From Nemertoderma westbladi (lineage: Eukaryota; Animalia; Xenacoelomorpha), in NCBI GenBank assembly GCA_032718475.1, contig JAUCBJ010000517.1, positions 1 through 64,000 on the forward strand: a DNA stretch of 64,000 nt, in the 5' to 3' direction. The notes beneath the pieces are model-generated. The model was not told where the DNA came from, did no database searches, and saw nothing but the letters and a program-made list of their open reading frames with translations. Shown here piece after piece: positions 1-13,079 of this stretch. The position numbers were made by a program, and so were the translations under genes. Numbering within the stretch: the first letter of the stretch is position 1; the number at the start of each line of letters is the position of its first letter.

Positions 1-1376
1 AATTTTCTCAATGAGACAATCTGCTTTGTTATCATATACAATATTCTGGATTGTTATAATTTTCTCAATGAGACAATCTGCTTTGTTATCATATACAATA
101 TTCTGGATTGTTATAATTTTCTCAATGAGACAATCTGCTTTGTTATCATATACAATATTCTGGATTGTTATAATTTTCTCAATGAGACAATCTGCTTTGT
201 TATCATATACAATATTCTGGATTGTTATAATTTTCTCAATGAGACAATCTGCTTTGTTATCATATACAATATTCTGGATTGTTATAATTTTCTCAATGAG
301 ACAATCTGCTTTGTTATCATATACAATATTCTGGATTGTTATAATTTTCTCAATGAGACAATCTGCTTTGTTATCATATACAATATTCTGGATTGTTATA
401 ATTTTCTCAATGAGACAATCTGCTTTGTTATCATATACAATATTCTGGATTGTTATAATTTTCTCAATGAGACAATCTGCTTTGTTATCATATACAATAT
501 TCTGGATTGTTATAATTTTCTCAATGAGACAATCTGCTTTGTTATCATATACAATATTCTGGATTGTTATAATTTTCTCAATGAGACAATCTGCTTTGTT
601 ATCATATACAATATTCTGGATTGTTATAATTTTCTCACTGAGACAATCTGCTTTGTTATCACATACAATATTCTGGATTGTTATAATTTTCTCAATGAGA
701 CAATCTGCTTTGTTATCATATACAATATTCTGGATTGTTATAATTTTCTCAATGAGACAATCTGCTTTGTTATCATATACAATATTCTGGATTGTTATAA
801 TTTTCTCAATGAGACAATCTGCTTTGTTATCATATACAATATTCTGGATTGTTATAATTTTCTCAATGAGACAATCTGCTTTGTTATCATATACAATATT
901 CTGGATTGTTATAATTTTCTCAATGAGACAATCTGCTTTGTTATCATATACAATATTCTGGATTGTTATAATTTTCTCAATGAGACAATCTGCTTTGTTA
1001 TCATATACAATATTCTGGATTGTTATAATTTTCTCAATGAGACAATCTGCTTTGTTATCATATACAATATTCTGGATTGTTATAATTTTCTCAATGAGAC
1101 AATCTGCTTTGTTATCATATACAATATTCTGGATTGTTATAATTTTCTCAATGAGACAATCTGCTTTGTTATCATATACAATATTCTGGATTGTTATAAT
1201 TTTCTCAATGAGACAATCTGCTTTGTTATCATATACAATATTCTGGATTGTTATAATTTTCTCAATGAGACAATCTGCTTTGTTATCATATACAATATTC
1301 TGGATTGTTATAATTTTCTCAATGAGACAATCTGCTTTGTTATCATATACAATATTCTGGATTGTTATAATTTTCT
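1..1376. repeat. 57-bp tandem minisatellite (~24 near-identical copies, runs off the window start), intronic
   Basis: Unit aattttctcaatgagacaatctgctttgttatcatatacaatattctggattgttat; ends ~20 bp before the acceptor at 1394-1395. Confidence 0.97.
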
Positions 1377-1395
1377 TAATAATTTATAATCGCAG

Positions 1396-2072
1396 GTAAT
1401 TGCGATTCTATCGCAAACCAACACTTCTGGCCACTAACATCGATTTATGCAGCAAACGACACATATGGAAATCTGAACGGAGTTGTCAATGGCGTCAATT
1501 GGCCTCTACCTAATCCATTCAACGCAGCGTATTTTTCGAATAACGGCTACATAACCGTCGATATAGACGGAGCCTCTAAGATGCTCTCACCAACCTACAC
1601 TGTAATCGCACTCATAAAAAAGAATATTCCTAATAGCCCAGGTCCAATTTGGGAATTCTCTCACAATAGTGATATCGGGTCACGGTTGCGAGTCGTTCGG
1701 ATGGATGATTCAGGCGATTCAACCAAATACAATACATTCCAGTTTGACACGGAAGGTGGTGGTGGTGAGTTCAACCCTCTCCCAAGCATTCAGGTTCGAT
1801 GGTACATGGTAGTCGCATCTGTGAGTGCTACAAACGGGAAGAAGTATTTGTACAGTCGTGTCAGGAAGGGAGACGATGAATTCGCTTATTCTGAGGAACG
1901 TATCGAAACTGCAACGCGTTCACCTTCTACATCGTTTGTAATTGGTCGAGGGAAGTATTATGGTGAAGTCCGCTTCTTCCCCGGCTATATCACTCACGTC
2001 CGTTACTACAACTGCCATCTAACCAACCAAAAGCTCACACATATTTTCATCGACATGATGCAACCGGGTTAA
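1396..2072 (+). CDS. Exon encoding a Laminin-G/concanavalin-A-like (LamG_3-type) domain; upstream exons lie outside the window
   Basis: Acceptor ataatcgcag|G. The frame is open from 1398 (NCDSIANQHFWPLTSIYAANDTYGNLNGVVNG...) into ORF 1581-2072. HFWPL, WYMVVAS, FVIGRG and FPGYITHVRYYN..LT resemble LamG/pentraxin folds. In-frame stop just upstream at 1380-1382. Confidence 0.7.
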
Positions 2073-4555
2073 GTAGGAAATCTTTATACTATGGCTAAAA
2101 TATTGTCCTCTGACACACACACACCCGCCACACACCAACGCAGACTTTTCAAAAACAGCCATAGTGTAATATTTCCGTTTGCCGAAGGCTCGCAGTTGTG
2201 ACTACGCCCCACATTTCCAACTGGTTTCTCGAGTATTTTATGTGTTACTTACTTACGCGCATGGCTGATTAATGTGGATATGAACTTATTTGTTAGATTT
2301 ACAATACAATATGATTAATTTATTCGATTAGAGTTAATGTAGTACAATCAATGTGTATTTATAAACATTTGTGGTTCACATTTCAGAAAATTAACAATCC
2401 GTAATTTGTACGCAGCCCTTAGAGGTTATGAACCTCGTTTAGTTTAATTTAACGGAGATGTCCAGTAACTCATTATTTTTTGACTGTATAATGTAATACA
2501 GGCTCCAGCCTGTGACCCCATAGGAATTTTATACATTACTGAGATACCCCACATACTGTAGATGTTTAGTACTGATATGGGACATAAAAAATTTGTGTAG
2601 ACTTCACCAAACGGTTGCGCTGGTTTTTTTAGACATAGCAACGGAGGAAATTGCCATAGCAACAGCTCTTATAGTAGATATGACTAGTTAAAATATTTAG
2701 AAGATTACTATTTTGGATATGAAGAATTTAATGGCCGACTTTATTTAATTTAATGACCTGGACGTCATTGCCGACTTTGCAAAAGCCGCACTCAACAAAA
2801 AGTTATAAGAATTTAATGGCACATTTATTTTTTTTTGAAAATACCATAGCAACCAAGTGAAAACGACCTCTATAGTTAGCAGCATTGACAATGTCCTTAG
2901 CAACGGGCTTTAAACGGGCGTAATGCATTTGCGGTGGTCGAAGCGTCATCGGATCAGCGTCTACCACCAATATATCAAGTCTAAGGAACAATATGCACTA
3001 TTTTTAAGTTTCTAGTTGCGATGGCAACGGGTAACTTTGGCTACGTAGAAACGGGCTATACTGTATATTAGCCGTAGCGTCATTAAATCAACCTCCACTC
3101 TCACTATATCGAGTTATAAGGAAAAATATGCAATATGTTTCAGTTTATAATTGCCATGGCAACCCGTCAGAATTGTTGACAAAGTGTTTTTCATATCAAT
3201 TAGCTGTTTACATGATATAAGAGCGCCTATTGAAAGATAGTGAGGTTGACATACAGTACTAGGCCTACGTATATTTAATATATATTACATTTGTAATCAC
3301 TTAGGCCCCACAACATTATTAAATAAGTGAAATTAAATTGTATCAAGCATCGCAATTACGACAGTAATCACACCGTTAGGCCTACAAGAACAAGAAAAGT
3401 TCGTCTGTCAGCCGCTAGGGGACTACATGTCTAAAGATTAAATATCCTTCTATTTCTTTGGAATTAATCCATTCTAGATGAAACGTTTCAGACAATCAGC
3501 TTTCAGACAATCAGCTGTATATTGCAAGGGAGACTAATCCGTCTGCAGTTATCAAGTCTACCGCTAGAGGGCGAAATGTTTAATAGTGAATTCCTTCTCC
3601 CATTAAGTTATTTATAATCAATTCAGGTTGAAACTTGTGAGATATGTACTGTTTTTAGAAGTACTAAAGTGCTAACAAACAGCAGTCCTGCAATGGTAAA
3701 GTGCTAACTGTTTTAAAGTGCTAACCTAAAGTGCTAACACTCCCTGAAAAAATTTGTTAAGACAAGTTGACTACAATTCCAGGTTCCGATTGGCTCATTT
3801 CGAAGTGTTAGCAGTTTGACCCCTTTGCAAGCACAAATTAAAAACGTCAAATAGCAACAAATTTTAACAACTGCCCCCTAGCGACCAGATTCAGAATTAT
3901 TGAAAAAGGTAAAGTGCTAACTGTTAGCACTATAGAGTTTCTCCATAAGACATATTCTAAATGTTAGCTCTTTAAGGCTAATTTTGTTGTATAATTATTG
4001 CATAGCAAGCCAGACCAGATGTTAGCGTTTTATAACTAAAATTGAAATAAATTGATTATTAATCAAGCAGAGATCACAAGAGGTGATTATGAGTTTCTGA
4101 AATGAATAATACCGGCCAACAGAAAGCATAAAGTGCTAACATTAGACCTATTCAATTCATATATTAAACGTCTATGTCTTTGCAACTACTGTAGTTCGTG
4201 GATTTCTTAAAAGCATTCAATAATATGGCACATAATCACAACCATTAATTAATTTGTTCTCATAATTATATATTATTCTAAATCCTTAATCCTTGCAATA
4301 CGTTTCCTTTTCCAGAAAATAGAAAGGTCATTCCCCAATGTATGTCAAATTTCGTGCAATCTCAAATTTTATTTTGTACATATACTGCTATAACGTAAAT
4401 TGCTACAAGCATTTTGAAAATGTGTCACCAATTTCTTACCCATTATTGCACACTGCTGCTATTCTTGGTCTTTTCGAGGTCAAAACTTTAAACCTCTGTA
4501 AATACATACATAAAACCATTAAGCCATGTCCCGGAATGCAGTGTCTTTAATTCAA

Positions 4556-4751
4556 TGGCAGGGTATTGCCCGATAACTTTAAAGAAGTAAAAGTGTTCTG
4601 AGTCTGTACTCCCAGATATTCCCATCATTCCATTATATTCCCCAGATTACCTAGTGTTGGTCTTTTTATTAACTCCAAAAATGACCAAAATTTTGACAGT
4701 TAACTATGAAAGTCATCAGCAAGTCACTGACCGGATTAGCATAAGCTCAAA
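4556..4751 (+). pseudogene. Older internally deleted copy of the same RTE, left part
   Basis: 4556-4625 matches 5333-5401; 4651-4751 matches 6253-6351. Confidence 0.85.
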
Positions 4752-6985
4752 GTGGCCAAGGTAAGACTTAGTCTGCGTGCTAGCAGAACAACGAAATCTG
4801 CCTTGCCGCGGCATGACTGGTCCTCTCTGTTGCAACAGCCAAGTGTGAGATCCAGCTTCACACTACAGCTGAGCAACAGGTATGAGGCTCTTGCCTCTGA
4901 GGCGGCAGATCACTGTGAGGGCTATACTGCCTTTACAGAAGCAGTTAAGTTAGCAGCTGCAGAAACAGTTCCTGTATACCCTCGAAACAGGAAAAGGGCC
5001 CCCTGGACCGACAACAAAATTCAGAAGTGCCGAAATGACCTTCATAAGGCGCAGAAAGAGTCCCGACTCAAACAGACTACAGCGGCCAAGAATGCAGTTA
5101 ATGCTGCATCTAGGTCCCTGAACAGGCAGTACTCTGCTAATCTACAGGAGCTAATAAACCAACAGGTTGATGCCATCAATGATGCTGACGACAGCAGGCA
5201 ATCATCCCAGACATGGAAATCGATCAATCTGCTTACTGGGCGGAAAAGCCAACCAACCACCAAGGTTAAGGCTGAATCACCAGCCGATCGCCTCAATGGT
5301 TGGAAAGCCCACTTTGAAAGGCTCCTCAATAATGACAGGGTATTGCCTGATAACTTTATAGAAGTAAAAGTGTCTGAGTCTGTACTCCCAGATATTCCCA
5401 TTGGCGATATCTCCTTTGCAGAAGTGAAGGCTGCTGCAAAGAGCATTAAGACCAATCGTGCCAGTGGAGTAGATGGTGTCCCCCCTGAGGTCTTTAAAAT
5501 ACCTGAGTGTTTAAAGCTCATCTATCCCATCATAGTAGACATGTACCGAACAACAAGAGTCCCACAAGAAATGAAAACAAATAAGTTGGTGCCAGTTCCC
5601 AAGAAGGGCAACCTAACACTCTATGGTTCTTTTCGGGGAATCTCATTGATCTCGATTGCTGCAAAGCTATACAATAGGATTCTATTAAATCGCATCAGGG
5701 ATCCCATTGAGAGACTGCTCCGTGGAAATCAGAATGGGTTCCGTAAAGGTCGTGGGACCATGGAGCCCATTTTGGCACTTAGAAGGATAATTGAAGAGTT
5801 ATCAAAAAAGAAAGACAGGCATCTGGCTGTTATCTTTGTTGACTTCTTCAAGGCCTTTGATTCAGTCTCTCGCTCACGTATGTTCAGCATACTTTCATTA
5901 TATGGGATTCCTGATGAAATTATTGCAGCAATCAGATCAGTATACGATGGTTCGACAACATTTGTGTCTACTGTTGACGGTGACACAGAACCATTTGAAG
6001 TGTTATGGGGCGTCCTCCAAGGAGACACACTTGCACCATTCTTGTTCATTATTGTGGTTGACTATGTTCTACGCATGTCCTTAGATCATTATAATGATGA
6101 TGGGGTGATGATAACTCCACCTACTGGCTCCAGAAGTCGAGGAAATCCTGCCAAGTACCTAACTGATCTAGACTGTGCTGATGACTTAGGAGTACTCTCA
6201 GAATCATTAGAGGGAGCCCAACGGCTCCTCAGCTCATTAGAACATGCTGCTTCTAGTGTTGGTCTTTTTATTAACTCCAGAAAGACCAAAATTCTGACAG
6301 TTAACTTTGAAAGTCCTCAGCAAGTCTCTGATCGGATGAGCATAAGCTCAAAGGATGGTATGCTTGAGCATGTGGACGACTTCTGTTACCTGGGATCATG
6401 GATCCGGAAGTCAGGTGAGGACCTTCGAATACGTAAGGGAAAGGCATGGGCAGCCTTGAATAGGCTTTCCAGGATTTGGAATTCACCGAGAATTAATCGA
6501 AAACTTAAGGTCCGATTATTTAGAGCAGCAGTAGTTCCAGTACTCCTCTACGGGAGTCCATGCTGGGCTCTAACTGCTGAGGACACCAAATCTCTGGATG
6601 GCACATTCACAAGAATGCTACGCCGGGTTCATTGTGTCAAGTACAATGCACACATCTCCAACCAGACACTATATAACATTGGAGGTGTCTCATTGGTTCC
6701 CCCAAGCTTGACACTAGAACAAAATCGCCTCCGCTTTGCAGGACATTGCTTTCGCCGTGAGGACCAGCCAGTGCATAATCTTGTACTTTGGCAGCCTCAT
6801 GGAGTGAATAAGCATGGTGGACAGCCCATGACTTTCTTGAGACGTATCTTAAAGGACACTGGCCTTAAAGATGCGGATGATCTAGCAAATGTCATGGGTG
6901 ATAGGGAGTTGTGGCGGTGCAATTTTGTTGACAAGCCGGCACAGCATTCTTAAAAATGCAGCTGCAATGCAGCATGCCGATCCTA
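4752..6985 (+). mobile_element. 5'-truncated RTE-like non-LTR retrotransposon with an uninterrupted 733-codon RT ORF (endonuclease missing)
   Basis: RT motifs QNGFRKGR, FVDFFKAFDSV, GVLQGDTLAPFLF, DLDCADD (Y/F to C), FCYLGS; RTE-type C-terminus RLRFAGHCFR; no ATG start. Confidence 0.92.
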
Positions 6986-7580
6986 GTAGTATGCTTGAGC
7001 ATATGGACGACTTATGTCACATGGGTTCATGGATCCGGAGGTCAGGTGAGACCTTCGAATACGCAAGGGAAAGGCATGGGCAGCCATGAATAGGCTTTCC
7101 AGGATTTGGAAGTCACATAGAATTAATTGGAAACTTAAGTTACGATTATTTAGAGCAGCAGTAGTTCCAGTACTCCTCTATGGGAGTCCATGCTGGGCTC
7201 TAACTGCTGAGGACACCAAATCTCTGGATGGCACATTCACAAGAATGCTACGCCGGGTTCACTGTGTCAAGTACAATCCACACATCTCCAACCAGACACT
7301 ATATAACATTGGAGGTGTCTCATTGGTTCCCCCAAGCTTAACACTAGAACAAAATCGCCTCCGCTTTGCAGGACATTTCTTTCGCCGTGTGGACCAGTCA
7401 GTGCATAATCTTGTTCTTTGACAGCCTCATGCAGTGAATAAGCATGGTGGACAGCCCATGACTTTCTTGCGGCGCATCTTAAAGGACACTGGCCTTGAAG
7501 ATTCGGATGATCTAGCAAATGTCATGGGTGATAGGGAGTTGTGGTGGCTCAATTTTGTCGTCAAGCCTGCACAGCATTCT
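6986..7580 (+). pseudogene. Older copy of the same RTE, right part (degenerate 3' end)
   Basis: Diverged copy of 6357-6950 with frameshift and stop (ORFs 7086-7421 and 7434-7640 repeat the RT C-terminus). Confidence 0.9.
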
Positions 7581-8832
7581 ATTTATTGCGTTTATTGTGT
7601 TTATTGCTTTTTAATCAACCATAGATCACAATATAGATGACAATGTGTTTCAGAAATAAATAATTCAGTCAGCAGAAATCATATAGTGGTAACATACATC
7701 CATAAATACGAGCATTCATTGTCTTATATGCGCATTAAGGTTCTGATCCCCTTTGCTTTGGTAGCCTGAGAAATCAACGATTGGAAATGCAGAAATGTAT
7801 GTTCTATTGTTTAAAAAGGAGAACATTTTTTTAGGATTCTCTATTTTATTTTGAAAATGAAAAATATAGAACGTTATAAAATATTTTAATTGAATATATT
7901 TTATATGTTTGAGAACATTTTCACAAATGAAATTAGCAAAAACTATTTAGTATAAAATTTGGTGTAAACCCCCCCCACCCCCCCAATTCAGTTTCTAATT
8001 ATTTTGAAACGTTGAAATAATGTTACCAACCAATTTGTAACGTTCAAATAATGTAATTTAAATTTATTCTGAACATCTTGATTTTCAAACAATCAATAAC
8101 ATTATAAGAAACATTAGAAAAACTATGTTCTGTAATGTTACATAAATTTTAATATAAATATTTTGATTCTATTGACGTTGTTGAAACTAAATAAATATTG
8201 ATATTTTTGAAACAAATGATTAAATATTTAATATTATAATATATTCAATATCCTTTCACATCCCAAAGAACGAATAATGAGTTAGCATTTTATGATGTGT
8301 GGTGTCTTGAAATATTCAACACAAAAACACCTAATCATTATCTTTCAAGATTTACAGATACCATCACTTCAAACTCCTAACTTTGCTAATATTACTATTG
8401 TTATTGGTGTTTTTAGTAAGTTAGCACTTTAGAACACTTGAGCCCTCTTGCGGGTGGTGCAGAATTGGTGTTGCTAAATGTTGCTAAAGTCTGTTACTGA
8501 GTTAGCACATTGGTACTTTCAGAAATCACTGGAATGGTGTCACTTTACCAAGGAAATCCCGCGTTAGCACTTACAGACTTACGTGGTGCATGTACCTTCC
8601 TTACCCCCTTGGAACTTTATCGCCCCTGGGTCTTTATCGCCCCCGAGTCTTTATCGCCACTGGTCCTTTATCGCCCCTGTCATTATATATAGGCTACATT
8701 TCCTTAACTTTCCCACTTCCTCTGAGTCACATATTTTAGTTATAGTTTACATTTATAATTATATTCAAATAGTTTCAGTTAGAGCATATTAAATTAAATA
8801 TGCAAATTTTGCATATTTAATTTATAGACTAA

Positions 8833-8985
8833 GGAGACACTTGGTCTAGTGGTAACAACTTGTGTTTTCTTTGAAGACGGACGAAGCAGGACTGTTTGGC
8901 CATGGGACCTTTAAAGCTGTAGACTAGCTCTACCCAGGCTTTCATCCTTCACTGGTCGATAAATGGGAACCAATGTAACTTGGGA
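8833..8985 (+). mobile_element. Possible tRNA-derived SINE head and core leading into the minisatellite
   Basis: A-box-like TGGTCTAGTGG; core ctttcatccttc..ggtcgataaatggg..acc recalls conserved central domains (Deu/Nin-type) of metazoan SINEs; no clear B-box. Confidence 0.4.
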
Positions 8986-11960
8986 AACAGAGTAGAAGGG
9001 TCTACCGTGGAAGATAACCAACCCATGGTGGTGAACAGGCATTCCTTTAGGAAACAGAGTGGAAGGGTTTACTGCGGAAGATCACAAATGGTGGTGAACA
9101 GGCATTCCTTTAGGAAACAGAGTGGAAGGATTTACAGTGGAAGATAACCAACCCATGGTGGTGAACAGGCATTCCTTTGAGAAACAGAGTGGAAGGGTTT
9201 ACAGTGGAAGATAACCAACCCATGGTGGTGAACAGGCATTCCTTTAGGAAACAGAGTGGAAGGGTTTACAGTGGAAGATAGCCCATGGTGGTGAACAGGC
9301 ATTCCTTTAGGAAACAGAGTGGAAGGATTTACAGTGGAAGATAACCAACCCATGGTGGTGAACAGGCATTCCTTTGGGAAACAGAGTGGAAGGGTTTACT
9401 GCGGAAGATCACAAATGGTGGTGAACAGGCATTCCTTTAGGAAACAGAGTGGAAGGGTTTACTGTGGAATATCACCCATGGTGGTGAACAGGCAGTCATT
9501 TGGGAAACGGAGTGGAATGGTTTACTGAGAAAGATCACCCATGGTGGTGAACAGGCAGTCATTTGGGAAACGGAGTGGAATGGTTTACTGTGGAAGATAA
9601 CCAACCCATGGTGGTGAACAGGCATTCGTTTGGGAAACAGAGTGGAAGGGTTTACAGTGGAAGATCACCTATGGTTGTGAACAGGCATTCCTTTGGGAAA
9701 CAGAGTGGAAGGGTTTACATTGGAAGATAACCAACCCATGGTGGTGAACAGGCATTCCTTTGGGAAACAGAGTCGAAGGGTTTACAGTGGAAGATAGCCC
9801 ATGGTGGTGAACAGGCATTCCTTTATGAAACAGAGTAGAAGGGTTTACTGTGGAAGATAACCAACCCATGGTGGTGAACAGGCATTCGTTTGGGAAACAG
9901 AGTGGAAGGGTTTACAGTGGAAGATACCCAACCCATGGTGGTGAACATGCATTCCTTTGGGAAACAGAGTGGAAGGGTTTACAGTGGAAGACAACCAACC
10001 CATGGTGGTGAACAGGCATTCCTTTGGGAAACAGAGTGGAAGGGTTTACTGCGGAAGATCACAAATGGTGGTGAACAGGCATTCCTTTAGGAAACAGAGT
10101 GGAAGGGTTTACTGTGGAATATCACCCATGGTGGTGAACAGGCAGTCATTTGGGAAACGGAGTGGAATGGTTTACTGAGGAAGATCACCCATGGTGGTGA
10201 ACAGGCAGTCATTTGGGAAACGGAGTGGAATGGTTTACTGTGGAAGACAACCAACCCATGGTGGTGAACAGGCATTCCTTTGGGAAACAGAGTGGAAGGG
10301 TTTACTGCGGAAGATCACAAATGGTGGTGAACAGGCATTCCTTTAGGAAACAGAGTGGAAGGGTTTACTGTGGAATATCACCCATGGTGAACAGGCAGTC
10401 ATTTGGGAAACGGAGTGGAATGGTTTACTGAGGAAGATCACCCATGGTGGTGAACAGGCAGTCATTTGGGAAACGGAGTGGAATGGTTTACTGTGGAAGA
10501 TAACCAACCCATGGTGGTGAACAGGCATTCGTTTGGGAAACAGAGTGGAAGGGTTTACAGTGGAAGATCACCTATGGTTGTGAACAGGCATTCCTTTGGG
10601 AAACAGAGTGGAAGGGTTTACATTGGAAGATAACCAACCCATGGTGGTGAACAGGCATTCCTTTGGGAAACAGAGTGGAAGGGTTTACAGTGGAAGATAG
10701 CCCATGGTGGTGAACAGGCATTCCTTTATGAAACAGAGTAGAAGGGTTTACAGTGGAAGATAACCAACCCATGGTGGTGAACAGGCATTCGTTTGGGAAA
10801 CAGAGTGGAAGGGTTTACAGTGGAAGATACCCAACCCATGGTGGTGAACATGCATTCCTTTGGGAAACAGAGTAGAAGGGTTTACAGTGGAAGATAACCA
10901 ACCCATGGTGGTGAACAGGCATTCCTTTAGGAAACAGAGTAGAAGGGTTTACTGTGGAAGATAACCAACCCATGGTGGTGAACAGGCATTCGTTTGGGAA
11001 ACAGAGTGGAAGGGTTTACAGTGGAAGATCACCTATGGTGGTGAACAGGCATTCCTTTAGGAAACAGAGTGGAAGGGTTTACAGTGGAAGATAACCAACC
11101 CATGGTGGTGAACATGCATTCCTTTGGGAAACAGAGTGGAAGGGTTTACAGTGGAAGATAACCAACCCATGGTGGTGAACAGGCATTCCTTTAGGAAACA
11201 GAGTAGAAGGGTTTACTGTGGAAGATAACTAACCCATGGTGGTGAACAGGCATTCCTTTGGGAAACAGAGTGGAAGGGTTTACAGTGGAAGATAGCCCAT
11301 GGTGGTGAACAGGCATTCCTTTAGGAAACAGAGTAGAAGGGTTTACTGTGGAAGATAACCAACCCATGGTGGTGAACAGGCATTCCTTTGGGAAACAGAG
11401 TGGAAGGGTTTACAGTGGAAGATAACCAACCCATGGTGGTGAACAGGCATTCCTTTAGGAAACAGAGTAGAAGGGTTTACTGTGGAAGATAACTAACCCA
11501 TGGTGGTGAACAGGCATTCCTTTAGGAAACAGAGTGGAAGGGTTTACAGTGGAAGATAACCAACCCATGGTGGTGAACAGGCATTCGTTAGGGAAACAGA
11601 GTGGACGGGTTTACAGTGGAAGATCAATCATGGTGGTAAACAGGAATTCATTTAGGAAACAGAGTGGAAGGGTTTACTGTGGAAGATCACCCATGATGGT
11701 GAACAGGCATTCCTTTGGGAAACAGAGTGGAAGGGTTTACAGCGGAAGATAGCCCATGGTGGTGAACAGACATTCCTTTAGGAAACAGAGTAGAAGGGTT
11801 TACTGTGGAAGATAACCAACCCATGGTGGTGAACAGGCATTCGTTTGGGAAACAGAGTGGAAGGGTTTACAGTGGAAGATCAACCATGGTGGTGAACAGG
11901 AATTCATTTAGGAAACAGAGTGGAAAGTTAATGCGGAATATGTTGGTGGTGGACATGCAT
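8980..11960. repeat. ~3-kb minisatellite of 63/67-bp units with higher-order block duplications
   Basis: Unit gggaaacagagtggaagggtttacagtggaagataaccaacccatggtggtgaacaggcattccttt; variant blocks recur at +650 and +903 bp. Confidence 0.95.
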
Positions 11961-12970
11961 TCCATGGCTTACTAAACCTAAACGTTTCTCCCATTTAAAA
12001 TTATTATTTGTCACAGTGGCGGTAAGGTACCAGGCCCTACAATCGCGGCTTAATGTACCTATGATTGTTAACGGCCACTGCCATTATACAGCAGACAATC
12101 AACATAGTGGGCAGCCATTGCAATTGCTAAAACCTGCATAAATTCCTACTGTAGTCTTAAAGCAGATAGATCAGTGCGGAGATATTCCGTAGCGATGACC
12201 ATTATCGACATTACAGTAAGTCAAGTAAGTTAACATATGTTATTCTAAACATTCCGCAGACGCTGTGCTGAAGAGTATTGAAGAACATTGTTGTGTTTGT
12301 TTACTAAGGAACAACTTATGTAGATCTAAGGTACTTTATTAGCTCTACTTGATTTATGATTGAATCATGGTAGTTTGCAACCAAGGTTACGCAGTGAGTG
12401 ACTCCCTCCCAGAGAGCACTGCTACACACAGCAACCATATGTTCGTAACATAGTAACATGTAATAATCACTGTACTTCATTTATTATTACGCAGTACTAA
12501 ATAGAAAAATCTCATAGAATTCTCACATTTTACTTACTAAGTTATAACTAACTATCAAAAATACAGAAATGTATAAATTATGTCAGATTCTTATCCTGCC
12601 GGTTTTGGTGGTTATGGTTGAAGATGTGAGAGGTGACACGGGAGATAATGTTCCAGTGGAATATGGAGACATTTATGGAAAAACAGTGTAAACAATTAAT
12701 TAAGTTAATTTTTATTATTCATTTAATTTCACTTCGTACGTTTGTTCAAATTAAAAATTAATATAAAAAAGTACAAGAAGCACAAAAAAAATATCGCAGT
12801 TATAAAAAACACACGATCACTGATTCTCTTACATTCATTAACCAGCAACAGTGTCAACAGTCTCACATCTTATTCATTAAAATTAATAGATATCTATTTA
12901 TAAATACTGACGGCATTGGTTGGATAAACATTTGTGGAATATTATAGCAATTTTGTTTGTTTTGTTGTAG

Positions 12971-13079
12971 GTTGGACCAGACTCCACTCATACATTATTA
13001 CGATAAACAACCACCAGCAAATATTATCGACCCGGATACTTTGCTGGCAGACGAAGTTAAGATTGCAGCGTGGCCAGAG
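12971..13079 (+). CDS. Candidate internal exon (LDQTPLIHYYDKQPPANIIDPDTLLADEVKIAAWPE), probably of the Kazal gene
   Basis: Acceptor ttttgttgtag|G, donor AG|GTATTA; ends in phase 0, compatible with the phase-0 exon at 26020. Confidence 0.45.

Noticed and set aside
11-1399. 462-aa hydrophobic repeat ORF
   Set aside because: By-product of a stop-free 57-bp (3n) repeat that appears intronic, just before a splice acceptor.
2064-2075. Possible phase-1 donor (G|GTTAAG) linking the LamG exon to the downstream Kazal gene
   Set aside because: Weak donor overlapping an in-frame stop; cannot be decided without transcripts.
8980-11960. CRISPR-like appearance and many short ORFs in the arrays (also 15372-15982 and 63296-64000)
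   Set aside because: Head-to-tail units without unique spacers, no cas genes, eukaryotic context.
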